DNA of 64,000 nucleotides from Phormidesmis sp. (lineage in GTDB: Bacteria; Cyanobacteriota; Cyanobacteriia; Leptolyngbyales; Leptolyngbyaceae): positions 1,888,001 through 1,952,000 of the forward strand of contig CBDFJR010000002.1 in NCBI GenBank assembly GCA_965248535.1, in the 5' to 3' direction. Positions within the stretch are counted from its first letter, which is position 1, and the number at the start of each line of letters is the position of its first letter. The translations under genes and the position numbers were made by a program. Below, one piece after another: positions 10,775-19,568 of the stretch. The notes below the pieces were generated by a model. The model had not been told where the DNA came from. It saw only the letters and a program-made list of their open reading frames with translations, and searched no databases.

Positions 10775-11590
10775 TTATCGACGAAAGAGTTTGGGTAAGC
10801 GAGGGCTAGCCGTCGAGCGAATCGCCAATCCTCCATTGAGTCGCTCACCTGTGCCGCCATCTTTGCGATCGAGAAACGGCTTCAAGTTGATATCACTCGA
10901 CTGTACGGTTTTAGGGGCCGTTGCGCTCGTGCGACCTAACCCTCTCAGACCGAGCAAGTTTCCTAGCTGACTGACCACATTGCTGTCTGCACCGTTTTGT
11001 CCAAAGGTCAAAACCCCCTGAGTTTGTTGACCACTATCGGCGATCGTCAGATTTTGAAACACCCGATCGCGAGTCGCTAGCGGATCTTGACCATTGGGCA
11101 CCGTCAACACAATCCGGCAAGAGGGCACCCGATCGGTCGTCACGCAGATAGTGTTGTAGCCATTCTCAACGGCTGTTTTCATCTCCAGCAGTCCATCAGC
11201 CCGATAAGACTCTAATCGCCGCGCAATCTCACCACAGCGCCGATCGGAACTCCAGCCCCCACCCAAGGCACTCGGCACTGCCCAGGAATAAGCTTGATTA
11301 GGCTGACTCTCCGGCATATACATCACGGTGTATTGGCCGTTAGCGTTTTGGCACGCAAACCGCACCCCACTTAGCGGCACACTAGGAATCGTCGAACCGG
11401 GGATCGTAGACCCGCTGCCTTCAGTAGGAACGATCACATCTCCAGACGGTGAGGTGGTTTGAGCCACCAGCACGCTGTTGGTCGGTGCAGCGATCGCCGC
11501 GCCACTCAACAGCATCGCCGCGCTTGCCCCTAGAGCGCTGATCTGCAAACCTGTCTTAACCTGCGATCGCAACATTTTAGTCAACCTCAA
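10775..11590 (-). CDS. Secreted COP23-domain protein
   Basis: Signal peptide; LGGGWS..RRCGEIARRLESYR, NGYNTIC pattern typical of the cyanobacterial COP23 family. Confidence 0.75.
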   Translation of the reverse strand: MRLTKMLRSQVKTGLQISALGASAAMLLSGAAIAAPTNSVLVAQTTSPSGDVIVPTEGSGSTIPGSTIPSVPLSGVRFACQNANGQYTVMYMPESQPNQAYSWAVPSALGGGWSSDRRCGEIARRLESYRADGLLEMKTAVENGYNTICVTTDRVPSCRIVLTVPNGQDPLATRDRVFQNLTIADSGQQTQGVLTFGQNGADSNVVSQLGNLLGLRGLGRTSATAPKTVQSSDINLKPFLDRKDGGTGERLNGGLAIRSTASPRLPKLFRR

Positions 11591-11744
11591 AGATGTAAAT
11601 AACTCAATAACTTAGACTGGATAGCTCTCTAGATCGAAGGAGGTGGGCCGCTTCTGCCCTGCGCCCAAACCCACCGTCAACCTTAAAAAACCCTGAAGGC
11701 ATCAAGCTTTCAGACGAATACGGTTTGTTCGCATCCTGAACTCC

Positions 11745-11771
11745 TAGACCTCGTTTTTTTGACCAGGTTCC
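11745..11771 (-). promoter_or_regulatory. Candidate ECF-sigma promoter GGAAC-N17-GTCTA upstream of the COP23-domain gene
   Basis: Plus strand TAGAC (11745-49), 17 nt, GTTCC (11767-71). Confidence 0.5.
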
Positions 11772-11939
11772 CCAGCCCTTCTAGATGGCTCAACCTGTCT
11801 CTCAGTCTGCCTCAACCTTAGCTCTCCTAGATTGATCAAATCTCGATTAATCCATTAGTCAAGCTTAAAGGGCTTTACTTAAGTTCATGATTTTGCGTAT
11901 CGTATACTACGCGAGGATACGACAAAGGAGAAAGAAACA

Positions 11940-12911
11940 ATGTCGGCGGCAACAAAGCCCCTGACAGTTCCTAAAGAGTTGCTGGGTCCTCCTGGCGACT
12001 TCAATCCGACCCTCTTGATTTTTTGGCTCTCGGTAGCTTTAGCGGTGATCTCAACGCTGGGCTATTGGTGCTGGGGTTGGATCGATTGGTGCTGCTTCTG
12101 CCTGAATGTTTTGGCGCTTCACATGGTAGGAACCGTGATTCACGATGCCTGTCATGGGGTTGCCCATCGAAATAAGATTGTGAATGCTCTGCTGGGGCAC
12201 GGCAGCGCTTTTTTGCTGTGTTTCTCATACCCCGTGTTTACGCGGGTGCACATGCAGCATCATGCCCATGTGAATGATCCCGACAATGACCCTGATCATG
12301 TCGTTTCGACCATGGGGCCGCTGTGGATTATCAACGCCCGCTTTATGTATCACGAGTTCTTTTTCTTTCAGCGCAAGCTGTGGCGAAAGAACGAGCTTCT
12401 AGAGTGGGGTTTAGCGCGGCTCTCTCTGGGTCTAGTGCTCTATGTCGCCTATCACTACGACTTTATCGGCTATGTGTTTAACTTCTGGTTTAGCCCGCTG
12501 GCGATCGTAGGCCTAGTCCTAGGATTATTCTTTGACTATTTGCCCCATCGACCCTTTAAAGAGCGCGATCGCTGGAAAAACGCCAGAGTTTATCCCAACC
12601 GCTTACTTAACTGGCTAATCATGGGTCAGAACTATCATCTGATTCATCACCTATGGCCCTCCGTGCCCTGGTATCACTACGAGCGGGCTTATGAGGCGAC
12701 CAGACCGCTTTTAGATGCCAAAGGCAGCCGTCAGTCGATCGGGCTACTCAAAGAAGACTTTTTGGGGTTTGTCTACGACATTTTTCTAGGAATTCGGCTG
12801 CATCCCCCAAAAGCGCCGCCGATCGAGGAAGGGTTAGCGATCGCCAAAACCCTGCCAGAAAACTCTGTCGAATTGGTGAGCGATCAGGCATCTCAAAATC
12901 TATCTCCATGA
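11940..12911 (+). CDS. crtR: Beta-carotene hydroxylase
   Basis: His boxes HDACH, HMQHH, HLIHH; DYLPHRPF; N-terminal LTVPKELLGPPGDFNPT. Confidence 0.92.
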   Translation: MSAATKPLTVPKELLGPPGDFNPTLLIFWLSVALAVISTLGYWCWGWIDWCCFCLNVLALHMVGTVIHDACHGVAHRNKIVNALLGHGSAFLLCFSYPVFTRVHMQHHAHVNDPDNDPDHVVSTMGPLWIINARFMYHEFFFFQRKLWRKNELLEWGLARLSLGLVLYVAYHYDFIGYVFNFWFSPLAIVGLVLGLFFDYLPHRPFKERDRWKNARVYPNRLLNWLIMGQNYHLIHHLWPSVPWYHYERAYEATRPLLDAKGSRQSIGLLKEDFLGFVYDIFLGIRLHPPKAPPIEEGLAIAKTLPENSVELVSDQASQNLSP

Positions 12912-12987
12912 AGAGGCTTTCACCCTAGGGCTAGGTCAAGATCGGTCTAGAAAAACTGATTATTGATCAAGCTTAAGGAGAAAAACA

Positions 12988-13356
12988 ATGTTGGGATATT
13001 TCTTTGTAGTGTTGTCTACTGCTTTGAGCCTGCTAGTCGTCGATATTGTGCTGCCTGGCGTAAACATTGCTTCCTTTCCATCTGCTTTGATTGCAGGTGT
13101 GGCGATCGGGCTAGTTAACGCCTTTGTGAAGCCGATTTTGGCGCTGCTCACCCTGCCTGTTAACTTTTTGACCTTGGGCCTGTTTTCGCTCGTCGTCAAC
13201 GGCATTTGTTTTTCGCTAGCGGCGGCAATTACGCCGGGGTTTGGGGTTCATGGCATTTTGGCCTTTATTCTAGGGCCGGTGATTCTGTCATTTGCCAGCA
13301 CCTTTCTCAATAAGTATTTCGCAGAGCGCACTGTTGACCTCAAAACTGAAGCCTAA
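12988..13356 (+). CDS. Small 4-TM membrane protein (phage holin 4 / YvlD-like)
   Basis: GLVNAFVKPILALLTLPVNFLTLGLFSLVVNG. Confidence 0.85.
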   Translation: MLGYFFVVLSTALSLLVVDIVLPGVNIASFPSALIAGVAIGLVNAFVKPILALLTLPVNFLTLGLFSLVVNGICFSLAAAITPGFGVHGILAFILGPVILSFASTFLNKYFAERTVDLKTEA

Positions 13357-13428
13357 TCTTGCACCTCTTGCACCCTAAATCCCCCATTCTGGGGGACTTT
13401 GAGCCTTAGTATTGGAGGATTTGAGGGC
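13357..13428. repeat. Palindromic cyanobacterial dispersed repeat preceded by a 9-bp tandem duplication
   Basis: TCTTGCACC x2; CCCTAAATCC...GGATTTGAGGG outer arms; inner TCCCCCA-TTC-TGGGGGA hairpin. Confidence 0.65.
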
Positions 13429-13516
13429 GATTAATAAGCTTGTGGCTAACGTGCTCTTGTGCGTTCTCCAATTACCCTCACAACCTAGTGATGAGCATCG
13501 GAAGTCCGTTTTAGAT

Positions 13517-13882
13517 TTAAAATCGCTGGTATAAAATCAATCGATTGCCCTCTGGGTCATAGGCGTAAATTTCTCTGCCGTGAGAGGGCGTGAGAATCTC
13601 TCCCGGTGGAGGATAGCCCATTTGAGTTAGATGCCCGATCGCCGCTTCTAGATCCTCAACCTCTAGACATAAACTCATGGCGGGGAATGGAGTCGAAACA
13701 GGGGGCTGGTCTAGAGTGGGCTGATAGATTCCCAATCGCAAGCTAGGAAGCTGAAACTCTGCATAAACATGGGGAATCAGCAACGTGGGTTCTAAACCGA
13801 GTAGACGATCGTAGAACTCGATCGCTCGATCAAACTGATTTGCCGCCAAAGTCACCCACGCCGATCGACAGACAAATTTCAT
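13517..13882 (-). CDS. VOC (glyoxalase/bleomycin resistance) family protein
   Basis: AIEFYDRLLG, LEVEDLE, YAYDPEGNRL. Confidence 0.88.
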   Translation of the reverse strand: MKFVCRSAWVTLAANQFDRAIEFYDRLLGLEPTLLIPHVYAEFQLPSLRLGIYQPTLDQPPVSTPFPAMSLCLEVEDLEAAIGHLTQMGYPPPGEILTPSHGREIYAYDPEGNRLILYQRF

Positions 13883-13979
13883 GGAAAACCTCCGAGAAAC
13901 CCTGATGCTTCAGTACAGGGAGGGATAGGAGCGGCGACTGGATCGAGTCGCCAATCTCTTAGGCTTCTCACAGAATAGA

Positions 13980-13988
13980 TGCTATACT
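13980..13988 (+). promoter_or_regulatory. Extended -10 promoter of tnpB (probably leaderless mRNA)
   Basis: TG-c-TATACT ending 7 nt before the ATG at 13996. Confidence 0.6.
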
Positions 13989-13995
13989 GTGAGGC

Positions 13996-15168
13996 ATGAC
14001 GCAGAAAGCCTTCAAGTACAGAATTTATCCAACGCCTGAGCAAGAATCCTTGCTCAGGCGCACGATGGGCTGTGCTCGCTTGGTGTATAACCGCGCCCTT
14101 GCCTTGCGAACTGACGCATGGTACAACGACCAGAAACGAGTCGGATACAGCGAGACATCTGCGAGTTTGACTGAGTGGAAGAAAAACGAAAGCCTGAGCT
14201 TTCTCAATGAGGTCAGTTGCGTTCCGCTTCAACAGGGATTGAGGCATCTGCAAACCGCGTTCTCCAACTTCTTTGCAGGACGGGCGAACTATCCCACTTT
14301 CAAGAAGAAGCGAAATGGCGGCAGTGCAGAGTTCACCAAGTCTGCCTTTAAGTGGAAGGATGGGCAACTGTTCCTGGCAAAGTGCCTGGAGCCGCTCAAC
14401 ATTCGCTGGAGCCGCACTCTGCCCGATGGTGTTGTGCCTTCCACCGTCACGGTGAAGCTCTCTCCTGCTGGAAGATGGACGGTTTCTCTGCTGACGGATG
14501 TTGAGATTGAGCCATTGCCCACCTCTCTCAACCAAGTTGGGATGGATTTGGGCATCACCAGTTTGATCGCTCTGAGTACGGGCAAAAAGGTTGTCAATCC
14601 TAAAGGCTTCAAAGCAAAACGTGCCAAGCTCAACCGAGCGCAGAAAGCGTTGAGCCGGAAGCAAAAAGGGTCGAACAACCGATATAAAGCTCGAATCAAA
14701 GTCGCTAAAGTTCATGCAGAAATTAGCGATGCTAGAAAGGATTTTCTTCATAAGTTGACGACTCAATTGGTGCGTGAAAACCAAACCATCGCCGTTGAGG
14801 ATTTGGCTGTGAAGAACATGGTGAAGAATCGGAAACTTGCCAAATCCATCAGTGATGCGAGTTGGGGTGAATTGGTCAGACAACTTGAATATAAGTGCGA
14901 CTGGTACGGTCGAAACTTCGTCAAGATTGACCGTTGGTTTCCGAGTTCTAAACGATGTGGCAGTTGTGGTCACATCGTCGATCAGTTGCCGTTGAATATC
15001 CGGGAATGGGACTGTCCCAACTGTGAGATACATCACGACCGGGACATCAACGCAGCCAAAAACATACTCGCCGCAGGGCTTGCGGTGAAAGTCTGTGGAG
15101 CGAACATAAGACCGGATAGGCATAAGTCTGATGGCAGTTGCGATGAAGCAGAAAGGTCTAAGAAGTGA
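13996..15168 (+). CDS. tnpB: RNA-guided endonuclease TnpB
   Basis: KAFKYRIYPT N-terminal HTH; RuvC D (GMDLG), E (VEDL), D (DRDINAA); zinc finger CGSC..CPNC. Confidence 0.96.
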   Translation: MTQKAFKYRIYPTPEQESLLRRTMGCARLVYNRALALRTDAWYNDQKRVGYSETSASLTEWKKNESLSFLNEVSCVPLQQGLRHLQTAFSNFFAGRANYPTFKKKRNGGSAEFTKSAFKWKDGQLFLAKCLEPLNIRWSRTLPDGVVPSTVTVKLSPAGRWTVSLLTDVEIEPLPTSLNQVGMDLGITSLIALSTGKKVVNPKGFKAKRAKLNRAQKALSRKQKGSNNRYKARIKVAKVHAEISDARKDFLHKLTTQLVRENQTIAVEDLAVKNMVKNRKLAKSISDASWGELVRQLEYKCDWYGRNFVKIDRWFPSSKRCGSCGHIVDQLPLNIREWDCPNCEIHHDRDINAAKNILAAGLAVKVCGANIRPDRHKSDGSCDEAERSKK

Positions 15169-15230
15169 TTCTTGGAATCCCTGTACCTTTTAGGTTGGGG
15201 AGGATGTCAAAGTCAAAAATCTCTAAAAAA
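15060..15230 (+). ncRNA. Predicted TnpB omegaRNA (reRNA): scaffold to 15210 plus flank-derived guide; 5' boundary approximate
   Basis: Established TnpB architecture (scaffold overlaps tnpB 3' end and right end); GTCTGTGGAG..AGACC..GGCAGTTG..GATGAAGCAG blocks. Confidence 0.6.
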
Positions 15231-15312
15231 TCCGCTGATAGGCACAAGCAAAATCTGGCTCAAACGCTAAATTAAAAGGTGTGACTCGTCCTTATAATCG
15301 AGGGTTTTTGCA

Positions 15313-16395
15313 ATGACCGCTACACTCTCTGCACCTCAGTCGATCGAGGCTTGGTTAGGCGACGAAGCAGACGATCTGCTCACCCACCAGGCAAAAGTTT
15401 CTAAAGATTTGCTGCATTTGCCCGGTTCAGACTTTATTGACAGAACGTTTGCCTATAGCGATCGTTCGCCGCAAGTGCTTCGCAGTCTCCAACAACTCTA
15501 CTCGTTTGGGCGCTTGGCCAACACTGGATATTTGTCAATCTTGCCCGTCGATCAGGGCATCGAGCATTCGGCGGGTGCATCGTTTGCCCCAAATCCGATT
15601 TATTTTGATAGTGAAAATATTGTAAAACTGGCGATCGCCGCAGGCTGCAACGCGGTGGCGACGACCCTAGGGGTGTTGGGCAGCGTCTCTCGTAAATTTG
15701 CTCACAAGATTCCCTTTATCACCAAGATCAATCACAACGAGTTGCTGACCTTTCCCAATAATTTTGATCAGTTTATGTTCGCCTCAGTCGAGCAAGCGTG
15801 GAATCTGGGATCAGTAGCAGTTGGGGCGACGATTTATTTCGGTTCGCCTGAGTCGAGTCGGCAGATTCAAGAAGTCAGCCGTGCCTTTGCTCGGGCCCAT
15901 GAGCTAGGCATGGCAACGGTTCTCTGGTGCTATCTCCGCAATCCCGCGTTTAAGCAAGATAAAGACTATCACTTAGCGGCAGATTTGACGGGTCAAGCCA
16001 ATCATCTAGGAGTGACGATCGAAGCCGACATCATCAAACAAAAACTGCCCGAAGTGAATAACGGCTATGGCGCAGTTGCCCAAGCCACGGGCAAGAGCTA
16101 TGGCAAAACTGACAAGCGCGTTTATTCTGACCTCACGACCGATCACCCGATCGATTTGACCCGCTATCAGCTTCTCAACTGCTATTCAGGACGAGTCGGC
16201 TTGATCAACTCAGGCGGCGCGTCAGGAAAAGCCGACTTTGCCGAAGCGATTCGCACGGCCGTGATCAACAAGCGGGCAGGAGGCACTGGACTGATTTCGG
16301 GACGCAAGACCTTTCAGCGTCCGTTTGATGAAGGCGTGAAGCTATTTCATCAGATTCAGGATGTCTATCTGTCGCCCGATGTCACGATCGCCTGA
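15313..16395 (+). CDS. fbaB: Class I fructose-bisphosphate aldolase
   Basis: [35 protein letters not shown]. Confidence 0.95.
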   Translation: MTATLSAPQSIEAWLGDEADDLLTHQAKVSKDLLHLPGSDFIDRTFAYSDRSPQVLRSLQQLYSFGRLANTGYLSILPVDQGIEHSAGASFAPNPIYFDSENIVKLAIAAGCNAVATTLGVLGSVSRKFAHKIPFITKINHNELLTFPNNFDQFMFASVEQAWNLGSVAVGATIYFGSPESSRQIQEVSRAFARAHELGMATVLWCYLRNPAFKQDKDYHLAADLTGQANHLGVTIEADIIKQKLPEVNNGYGAVAQATGKSYGKTDKRVYSDLTTDHPIDLTRYQLLNCYSGRVGLINSGGASGKADFAEAIRTAVINKRAGGTGLISGRKTFQRPFDEGVKLFHQIQDVYLSPDVTIA

Positions 16396-16533
16396 CACGA
16401 CGAGTTTCAAGGCTGGAGTTTTGGGTTAAAATCCACTATTACGATTTAACACTGAGGCACAAACGTTACGGCAGATTGTCTCGACGTGATTTTTTGTGTC
16501 TCAACGCACTCAAAACTCCTAACTCAAAATTCT

Positions 16534-17700
16534 ATGAAGCTGGCAGCACGGGTTAAGCAGGTGACTCCTTCTTTGACATTGGCGATCGATGCTAAAGCCA
16601 AAGCCATGAAGCGAGACGGAATCGATGTCTGTAGCTTTAGCGCCGGAGAACCCGATTTTGACACGCCAGATCACATCAAATTGGCGGCGATAGAGGCTCT
16701 TAAGTTAGGCAAAACCCGCTATGGCCCGGCGGTAGGAGAGCCGCTACTGAGAGCGGCGATCGCCCACAAACTGCAAACCGACAATCACCTTGGCTACAGC
16801 GCTGACCACATCATCGTCACCAACGGTGGCAAACATTCGCTCTATAACTTGATGATGGCGCTGATCGAGGCGGGCGACGAAGTAATTATTCCGGCTCCTT
16901 TTTGGGTGAGCTATCCCGAAATGGTGAAGCTTGCTGAAGGCACTCCGGTGATCGTCCAAACGACGGCAGAAAGCGGCTATAAGATTACGCCTGACCAGTT
17001 GCGACAAGCGATCACGCCCAAAACGCGGCTGTTTATTCTCAATTCGCCCTCTAACCCAACGGGGATGGTCTACACGCCCGACGAAGTGAGAGCGATCGCG
17101 GCGGTGGTGGTCGAAAACGATATTTTGGTAGTCTCTGATGAGATTTATGAAAAGCTGCTCTATGACGGTGCTGAACACTTGAGCATTGGAGCGGTGAGTT
17201 CTGAGGTGTTCGATCGCACGATTATCAGCAGCGGGTTTGCCAAAGCGTATTCTATGACGGGTTGGCGAGTCGGCTATTTGGCGGCTCCCCTAGAAATTCT
17301 CAAAGCCGTCAGCATGATTCAAGGGCACAGCACGTCTAACGTGTGTACGTTTGCTCAATATGGCGCGATCGCGGCCCTCGAAAATTCTCAAGATTGTGTC
17401 GAGAAGATGCGTCTGGCCTTTGCCGATCGTCGCCAAGTCATCTTTGATCGGGTGAATGCGATTCCTGGGTTGACCTGCCTCAAGCCTGACGGGGCATTCT
17501 ATCTATTCATCAACACTAGCCAATTGGGGATGTCCTCCCTTGAGTTTTGCGATCAGCTATTAAGCGAAAAGCAGGTCGCCGTGATTCCCGGCGTTGCATT
17601 TGGGGCAGATGATCATATTCGGCTCTCTTATGCGACCGATATGGACACGATCGAGCGCGGCATCGATCGACTAGCCGCCTTTGTGAAATCCAAACTTTAG
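16534..17700 (+). CDS. aspC: Aspartate aminotransferase (class I/II PLP-dependent)
   Basis: [38 protein letters not shown] at 16534. Confidence 0.9.
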   Translation: MKLAARVKQVTPSLTLAIDAKAKAMKRDGIDVCSFSAGEPDFDTPDHIKLAAIEALKLGKTRYGPAVGEPLLRAAIAHKLQTDNHLGYSADHIIVTNGGKHSLYNLMMALIEAGDEVIIPAPFWVSYPEMVKLAEGTPVIVQTTAESGYKITPDQLRQAITPKTRLFILNSPSNPTGMVYTPDEVRAIAAVVVENDILVVSDEIYEKLLYDGAEHLSIGAVSSEVFDRTIISSGFAKAYSMTGWRVGYLAAPLEILKAVSMIQGHSTSNVCTFAQYGAIAALENSQDCVEKMRLAFADRRQVIFDRVNAIPGLTCLKPDGAFYLFINTSQLGMSSLEFCDQLLSEKQVAVIPGVAFGADDHIRLSYATDMDTIERGIDRLAAFVKSKL

Positions 17701-18161
17701 CCCCAACGTCGTAAGCCCCGCGTTCTACCCGCTTCGGGTAAACGTCGGGATATAAGACGGCGCGACGTAAATACGAAGTCAAGCAGACTCCTGCAAACGT
17801 AGTGCGGAAGCCTGGTATAGTACAGATGGTCGTTGACCCGCCCGATTGTATGGAACAGACAGGCTAACTTCAAAGTAGTCGGACTTGCCGCAGATACATC
17901 AAAGTTCGGGGAAGGAACATATCTTGCTGGTGGGCTATTGCCGTAAATCCATGATGTGTTGTGCGAAAAGCTATCAACCTTGGGACACAGGGTTGCCGCC
18001 TGGGTAACGTTATGGAGCGTTGCGAGAGTCAGTGAGATGTTCTGCATTTCAAAACCTCTGGAGTCAATGTCAGACCAAAGTCAAGGCAACTTGATGGAGG
18101 CAGTTGCCGACGAAACAGGAAGCCCGTGCTGTGTGCGTAGCATCAGCGTCGGGTATGTCAC
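17701..18161 (+). mobile_element. ORF-less non-autonomous IS200/IS605 derivative (MITE/PATE-like)
   Basis: Target TTAG (17697-700); left guide AAGC plus hairpin CCCG..CGGG; right guide GAAG (18119-22) plus hairpin and end TCAC (18158-61); omegaRNA-like blocks at 18054-18120. Confidence 0.78.
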
Positions 18162-18198
18162 CCCACTGAGGCTAAGGATCGGGGATTAAATCACCTGC

Positions 18199-18232
18199 GT
18201 AGGGTGGAGTTGAGAGACAAAACCCACCCTAC
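18199..18232. repeat. GTAG-type REP-like palindrome
   Basis: GTAGGGTGG-N16-CCACCCTAC between convergent genes. Confidence 0.7.
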
Positions 18233-18244
18233 AAACTAGTTGGG

Positions 18245-19534
18245 CTAACTGAGTAGCTCAATGGCCGCGGCTGGGCCCAAAACAGAAACATAAGGCTCCA
18301 GGAAGCAGCGATCGGCGGCTGCCTGAGCCGCTTCTGAAGTCACCGCCGCCACCTCTTGCTGAAAGCGGGTGTCAAACTCAACGCCTAGCCCGATCGTTTC
18401 ATACCACCCAAAGATTTGAGCAAGCTGAGAGTTTGTTTGCTTGCCTAGGGCATATTGCCCCAACATTTTGTTTTGCGACGCTTGCAACTCCTCAGCGGTG
18501 AGGCGTGTAGACCGCAGACGATCGACTTCAGCTTGCAGACCGTCGAGCGCGATCGCGGTGTTTTCTGGAGCCGTGCCCATATAAACAACAAACTGAGATG
18601 CGTCTAATCGGGTCGGATAGAAGGCAGACACCTCATAGGCCAGACCTCGTTTTTCTCGCAGTTCGACAAAGAGACGACTCGACAGCCCGTTGCCCAGATA
18701 AGTGTTGAGCAACTTAAGTGCCGTGTAGTCTGATAAGTCGAGCGTGTCGGAGTTGATCGCGGGAGCCAGATAGCCCAACATGACGATCGATTGCTGCGTC
18801 TCCTGAGTTTTAATCACCCGGTGGGGGTTAAACGGAATCGGCGATAAATTCAGCGTCGGTAGAGGAGCCGCCGGAGCCTGCCAATCTCCTAAAACCTTCT
18901 CAATTGCGGCTACCGCCGCTTCGGGGTCAATCCGCCCGGCAACGCTAATCACTAGATTGTCAGGACGAAAATAGGTCTGATGATACTGCTGCAAATCTTG
19001 GCGAGATAGTTGAGCCACCGTTTCTGCGGTGCCCAACCCCGAAAAAGCATAGGGATGCTGCCCATACATCGCCGATCGCAGCCCATCTAGCGCCACAGTA
19101 AATGGCTGTTCTTGCTGAGAGCGAATCGCTTGCAGGGTTAGGCGACGCTCTAACTCGACTTCTGCGTCTGGAAAGGTGGGCGATCGCAGCACCTCGCCCG
19201 CTAGCGCTAAAATCTCTGGGAAGTCAGCCGAAACGGTTTTTAAACTCAGCAAAAAATAGTCAGAAGCCGAATCGGTGCCTAGACTTGCGCCCACTGACTC
19301 AACCTGTTCGGCAATGTCTAACGATGAAAAGCGATCGGTGCCTTTGGGCATGACGGCAGACACGAGATGCGATAGCCCGGCTTGGTGTGAAGGCTCCCAG
19401 CGGCTGCCTGCCCGAACAAAGAGACGCGCCGCAACAATGTCAGCCGAGGGATTTTCAACCACCAGAACGACGATGCCATTGTTTAAAACAGTGCGGTGGA
19501 TCTGACGACTTTGAGAGATTACGCTAGAGGTCAC
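18245..19534 (-). CDS. M16 family peptidase, subunit lacking HxxEH
   Basis: GLSHLVSA in place of the zinc motif; SSRLFVELREKRGLAY. Confidence 0.9.
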   Translation of the reverse strand: MTSSVISQSRQIHRTVLNNGIVVLVVENPSADIVAARLFVRAGSRWEPSHQAGLSHLVSAVMPKGTDRFSSLDIAEQVESVGASLGTDSASDYFLLSLKTVSADFPEILALAGEVLRSPTFPDAEVELERRLTLQAIRSQQEQPFTVALDGLRSAMYGQHPYAFSGLGTAETVAQLSRQDLQQYHQTYFRPDNLVISVAGRIDPEAAVAAIEKVLGDWQAPAAPLPTLNLSPIPFNPHRVIKTQETQQSIVMLGYLAPAINSDTLDLSDYTALKLLNTYLGNGLSSRLFVELREKRGLAYEVSAFYPTRLDASQFVVYMGTAPENTAIALDGLQAEVDRLRSTRLTAEELQASQNKMLGQYALGKQTNSQLAQIFGWYETIGLGVEFDTRFQQEVAAVTSEAAQAAADRCFLEPYVSVLGPAAAIELLS

Positions 19535-19568
19535 GAGACAATTTCCTTGGGTGATTAAACGTTGGGGG

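Larger units (their letters stand above)
13883..15210 (+). mobile_element. IS200/IS605-family element, tnpB only (IS1341-type, non-autonomous)
   Basis: Left end: target TCAT (13879-82), guide GAAA (13896-99), hairpin CCCTG..CAGGG. Right end: GAAT, hairpin, then GATGTCAA ending at 15210. No tnpA and no TSD. Confidence 0.9.

Noticed and set aside
12988..13356. Holin-family gene as a prophage marker
   Set aside because: This family is commonly chromosomal and there are no phage genes nearby.
16415..16530. Heptamer-like ACTCAAA repeats with an upstream complementary stretch
   Set aside because: Probably STRR-like low-complexity sequence; too short and degenerate to call.
17701..18161. Possible group I intron (IStron) or HEARO/IscB RNA
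   Set aside because: I could not place ordered P/Q/R/S elements, the element ends in TCAC rather than a terminal G, and the ends are TnpB-type.
17697..18189. 116-aa (minus) and 77-aa (plus) ORFs inside the mini-element
   Set aside because: No recognisable domain or RBS, and both cross an element end; treated as non-coding.
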